DNA of 10,938 bases from NCBI RefSeq assembly GCF_000143415.4, contig NW_003314588.1, forward strand, positions 1 to 10,938. Reading direction: 5' to 3'. Source of the stretch: Selaginella moellendorffii (Eukaryota; Plantae; Lycopodiophyta). Positions within the stretch are counted from its first letter, which is position 1; the number at the start of each line of letters is the position of its first letter. Under the pieces are notes generated by a model. That model made no database searches. It was not told where the DNA came from and saw only the letters and a list, made by a program, of their open reading frames with translations. A program made the position numbers and the translations under genes. This document shows positions 9,414-10,938 of this stretch, one piece after another.

Positions 9414-9960
9414 CTTGTAAAGTTCCATCACTTTGGAGGTGATCTTTGAAGCATCATCCCAGGCATGGCCTCTCGCCATCTCCGGGCACAGCAATGGCCG
9501 GAGTATGTGCCGTCCCAAAGAAGTGTGGAGCAAAACTTGAGCAAATGGCGATATCTGGAGGAGCTCACCACGATCTAAACCACACCTTTGATCACCACCT
9601 TCACCACAGAAATGAAAATCCATGAGATGATCCAACTACAGTGGCTTGGAGCTTACCTGTGTTGAGCTTAGAGTTGTCAAGATATTGGCAGCTGCCATAA
9701 GAGCAAGCAATCCACTGTTGTCATGACCAACGAGCACGACCGATGAGAATTTTAGTTGCTGGCAAAAGCTCAGCAGCAAATCCACCTGCGAGCTCTAATC
9801 AGAGAAATCAAACAAGCAAGAACAACAGGAAAAAATTTCTTTTTTTTTTTCTAAACGACAATGAATAGAACACTCACTTGGGACTGGTGCTCGTAAAGAT
9901 TGGGAAGACCATCTTTGTCATGGCCAGCCGGCTCCTCAGTCCCCAGCCAGTCCGATCAAA
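9414..9960 (-). pseudogene. Alpha/beta-hydrolase internal fragment (plant GHDDGG-type family, At1g80280/At1g15490-like), disabled
   Basis: Exons ~9960-9878 (FDRTGWGLRSR/DKDGLPNLYEHQSQ), 9785-9657 (VDLLLSFCQQLKFSSVVLVGHDNSGLLALMAAA..) and 9598-9414 (VVIKGVV*IVVSSS/ISPFAQVLLHTSLGRHILRPLL..AWDDASKITSKVMELYK). Stop at 9575-9577, frameshifts, and truncation at both ends. Confidence 0.85.
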
Positions 9961-9985
9961 CACAGCAAATAGAAAATTTCAGCAC

Positions 9986-9987
<2 letters not shown>

Positions 9988-10017
<30 letters not shown>
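9988..10017. repeat. (AG)15 microsatellite
   Basis: Perfect dinucleotide run; reads (CT)15 on the minus strand. Confidence 0.97.
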
Positions 10018-10019
<2 letters not shown>

Positions 10020-10236
10020 CACAATCTGCTCAATCGCCCTAAATTTTTTCTCTTGATTTGGATCGTCATTTAAAAATTGAAGAGTTGCCACCCCTTTGGC
10101 ACTTGATCTATGCCATCTATTTGAAGTTTTTGAATTTGAACTGTTAGATTATAAGTATATTCAGAAATAATATTCTAAAAATGGAATAAAAGACGCTGGA
10201 TGCCATATGCCAATAGCACGTTTAAATAAGGGAGTA

Positions 10237-10263
10237 CTAGCAAAAGTCCCAGCTACGCTGGGA
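10237..10263 (-). terminator. Helitron 3' terminus: hairpin + CTAG
   Basis: Minus strand TCCCAGC-GTA-GCTGGGA (10263-10247), 6-nt spacer, CTAG (10240-10237), then T. Confidence 0.8.
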
Positions 10264-10938
10264 GCATCGTGTTTATTCTTGATATTTTAGTATTTCAAAA
10301 AGTTGAAATCATAATTATAATTTTAATATAATCATAATTATAACATACATAGTTAACATAACATAATATAATATTTATATTCAAAATCCCTTCTACAAAT
10401 ATAACATAATAAATAATATAATAAATTTAACTTATAACATAATATAACATTTAAAACTCTGAGTGCTGCATAATCTTCTATAAATGGAATTTTTCACTGT
10501 GGGATTCCATGGCCAGATAAGTCAATTAAATATTGAGGCTTGGTAACTATTTTTTTATTTAAAATCTCCATATAATTGATCTACAATTTTTCCTCTTAAT
10601 AAAAAATGTGTTTCTTAAGTACACTAAAGTATAATGATTTCAAAATTAAAGATTTAAAACTCACTTAAACTATATACATCTTATAAAATTAAAAAAATAT
10701 AACAATTTTTATGGAATCTTATTTTTCATCTCTTTAGACTGAAACTTTTGGAATTTCATGATACTAAGTGATAAAATTACCTTTATGTGTTATATTTTTT
10801 AGAAGAATTTCAAAATTTTACATATTTATCTTTGATATTCCCTTATTCCTAATACTTATATTCTTACATTTTGAGAGTAATATTTAATATTAGAAGTATT
10901 CTACTTTATATCATTAGCATATTTCTGTATGTGTTTTA
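10237..10938 (-). mobile_element. AT-rich 3' part of an upstream Helitron (continues off the right edge)
   Basis: Ends in hairpin + CTAG at 10237. Very AT-rich and non-coding. The first ~170 bp are homologous to inverted 5530-5725. Confidence 0.65.

Larger units (their letters stand above)
2815..10236 (-). mobile_element. Non-autonomous gene-capturing Helitron (~7.4 kb, composite)
   Basis: 3' hairpin + CTAG at 2815-2840. Putative 5' end TACTCCCTTATTTAAACG at 10236 is homologous to the TC-starting end at 2814. Contains intron-bearing fragments of three unrelated genes. No TIRs, LTRs, TSD or Rep/helicase ORF seen. Confidence 0.7.

Noticed and set aside
2826-10263. CRISPR array, rho-independent terminators or other prokaryotic system from the recurring CCCAGC/GCTGGG hairpins
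   Set aside because: The sequence is spliceosomal-intron-rich plant DNA. The hairpins are kilobases apart and are better explained as Helitron ends.

Overview
Eukaryotic plant DNA, most likely a lycophyte such as Selaginella. This is inferred from very short GT-AG introns (about 39-90 nt) and an ALDH21-type gene fragment. No intact gene is present. The window reads best as a minus-strand, head-to-tail chain of non-autonomous, gene-capturing Helitrons. Two junctions (2814/2815 and 10236/10237) each show a GC hairpin plus CTAG 3' end directly abutting a conserved, T-starting putative 5' end of the next unit. The complete middle unit (2815-10236, about 7.4 kb) carries intron-containing, decayed fragments of an alpha/beta-hydrolase, a Tic32-like SDR and ALDH21, followed by a 4.6-kb very AT-rich body. 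That body holds a roughly 690-bp inverted duplication and several broken internal copies of Helitron 3' ends. The left unit carries unidentified exons and a pseudogenised kelch-repeat gene, and spans a 169-N assembly gap. All protein identifications come from manual translation and recalled family motifs, not database searches. Identity values are visual estimates.
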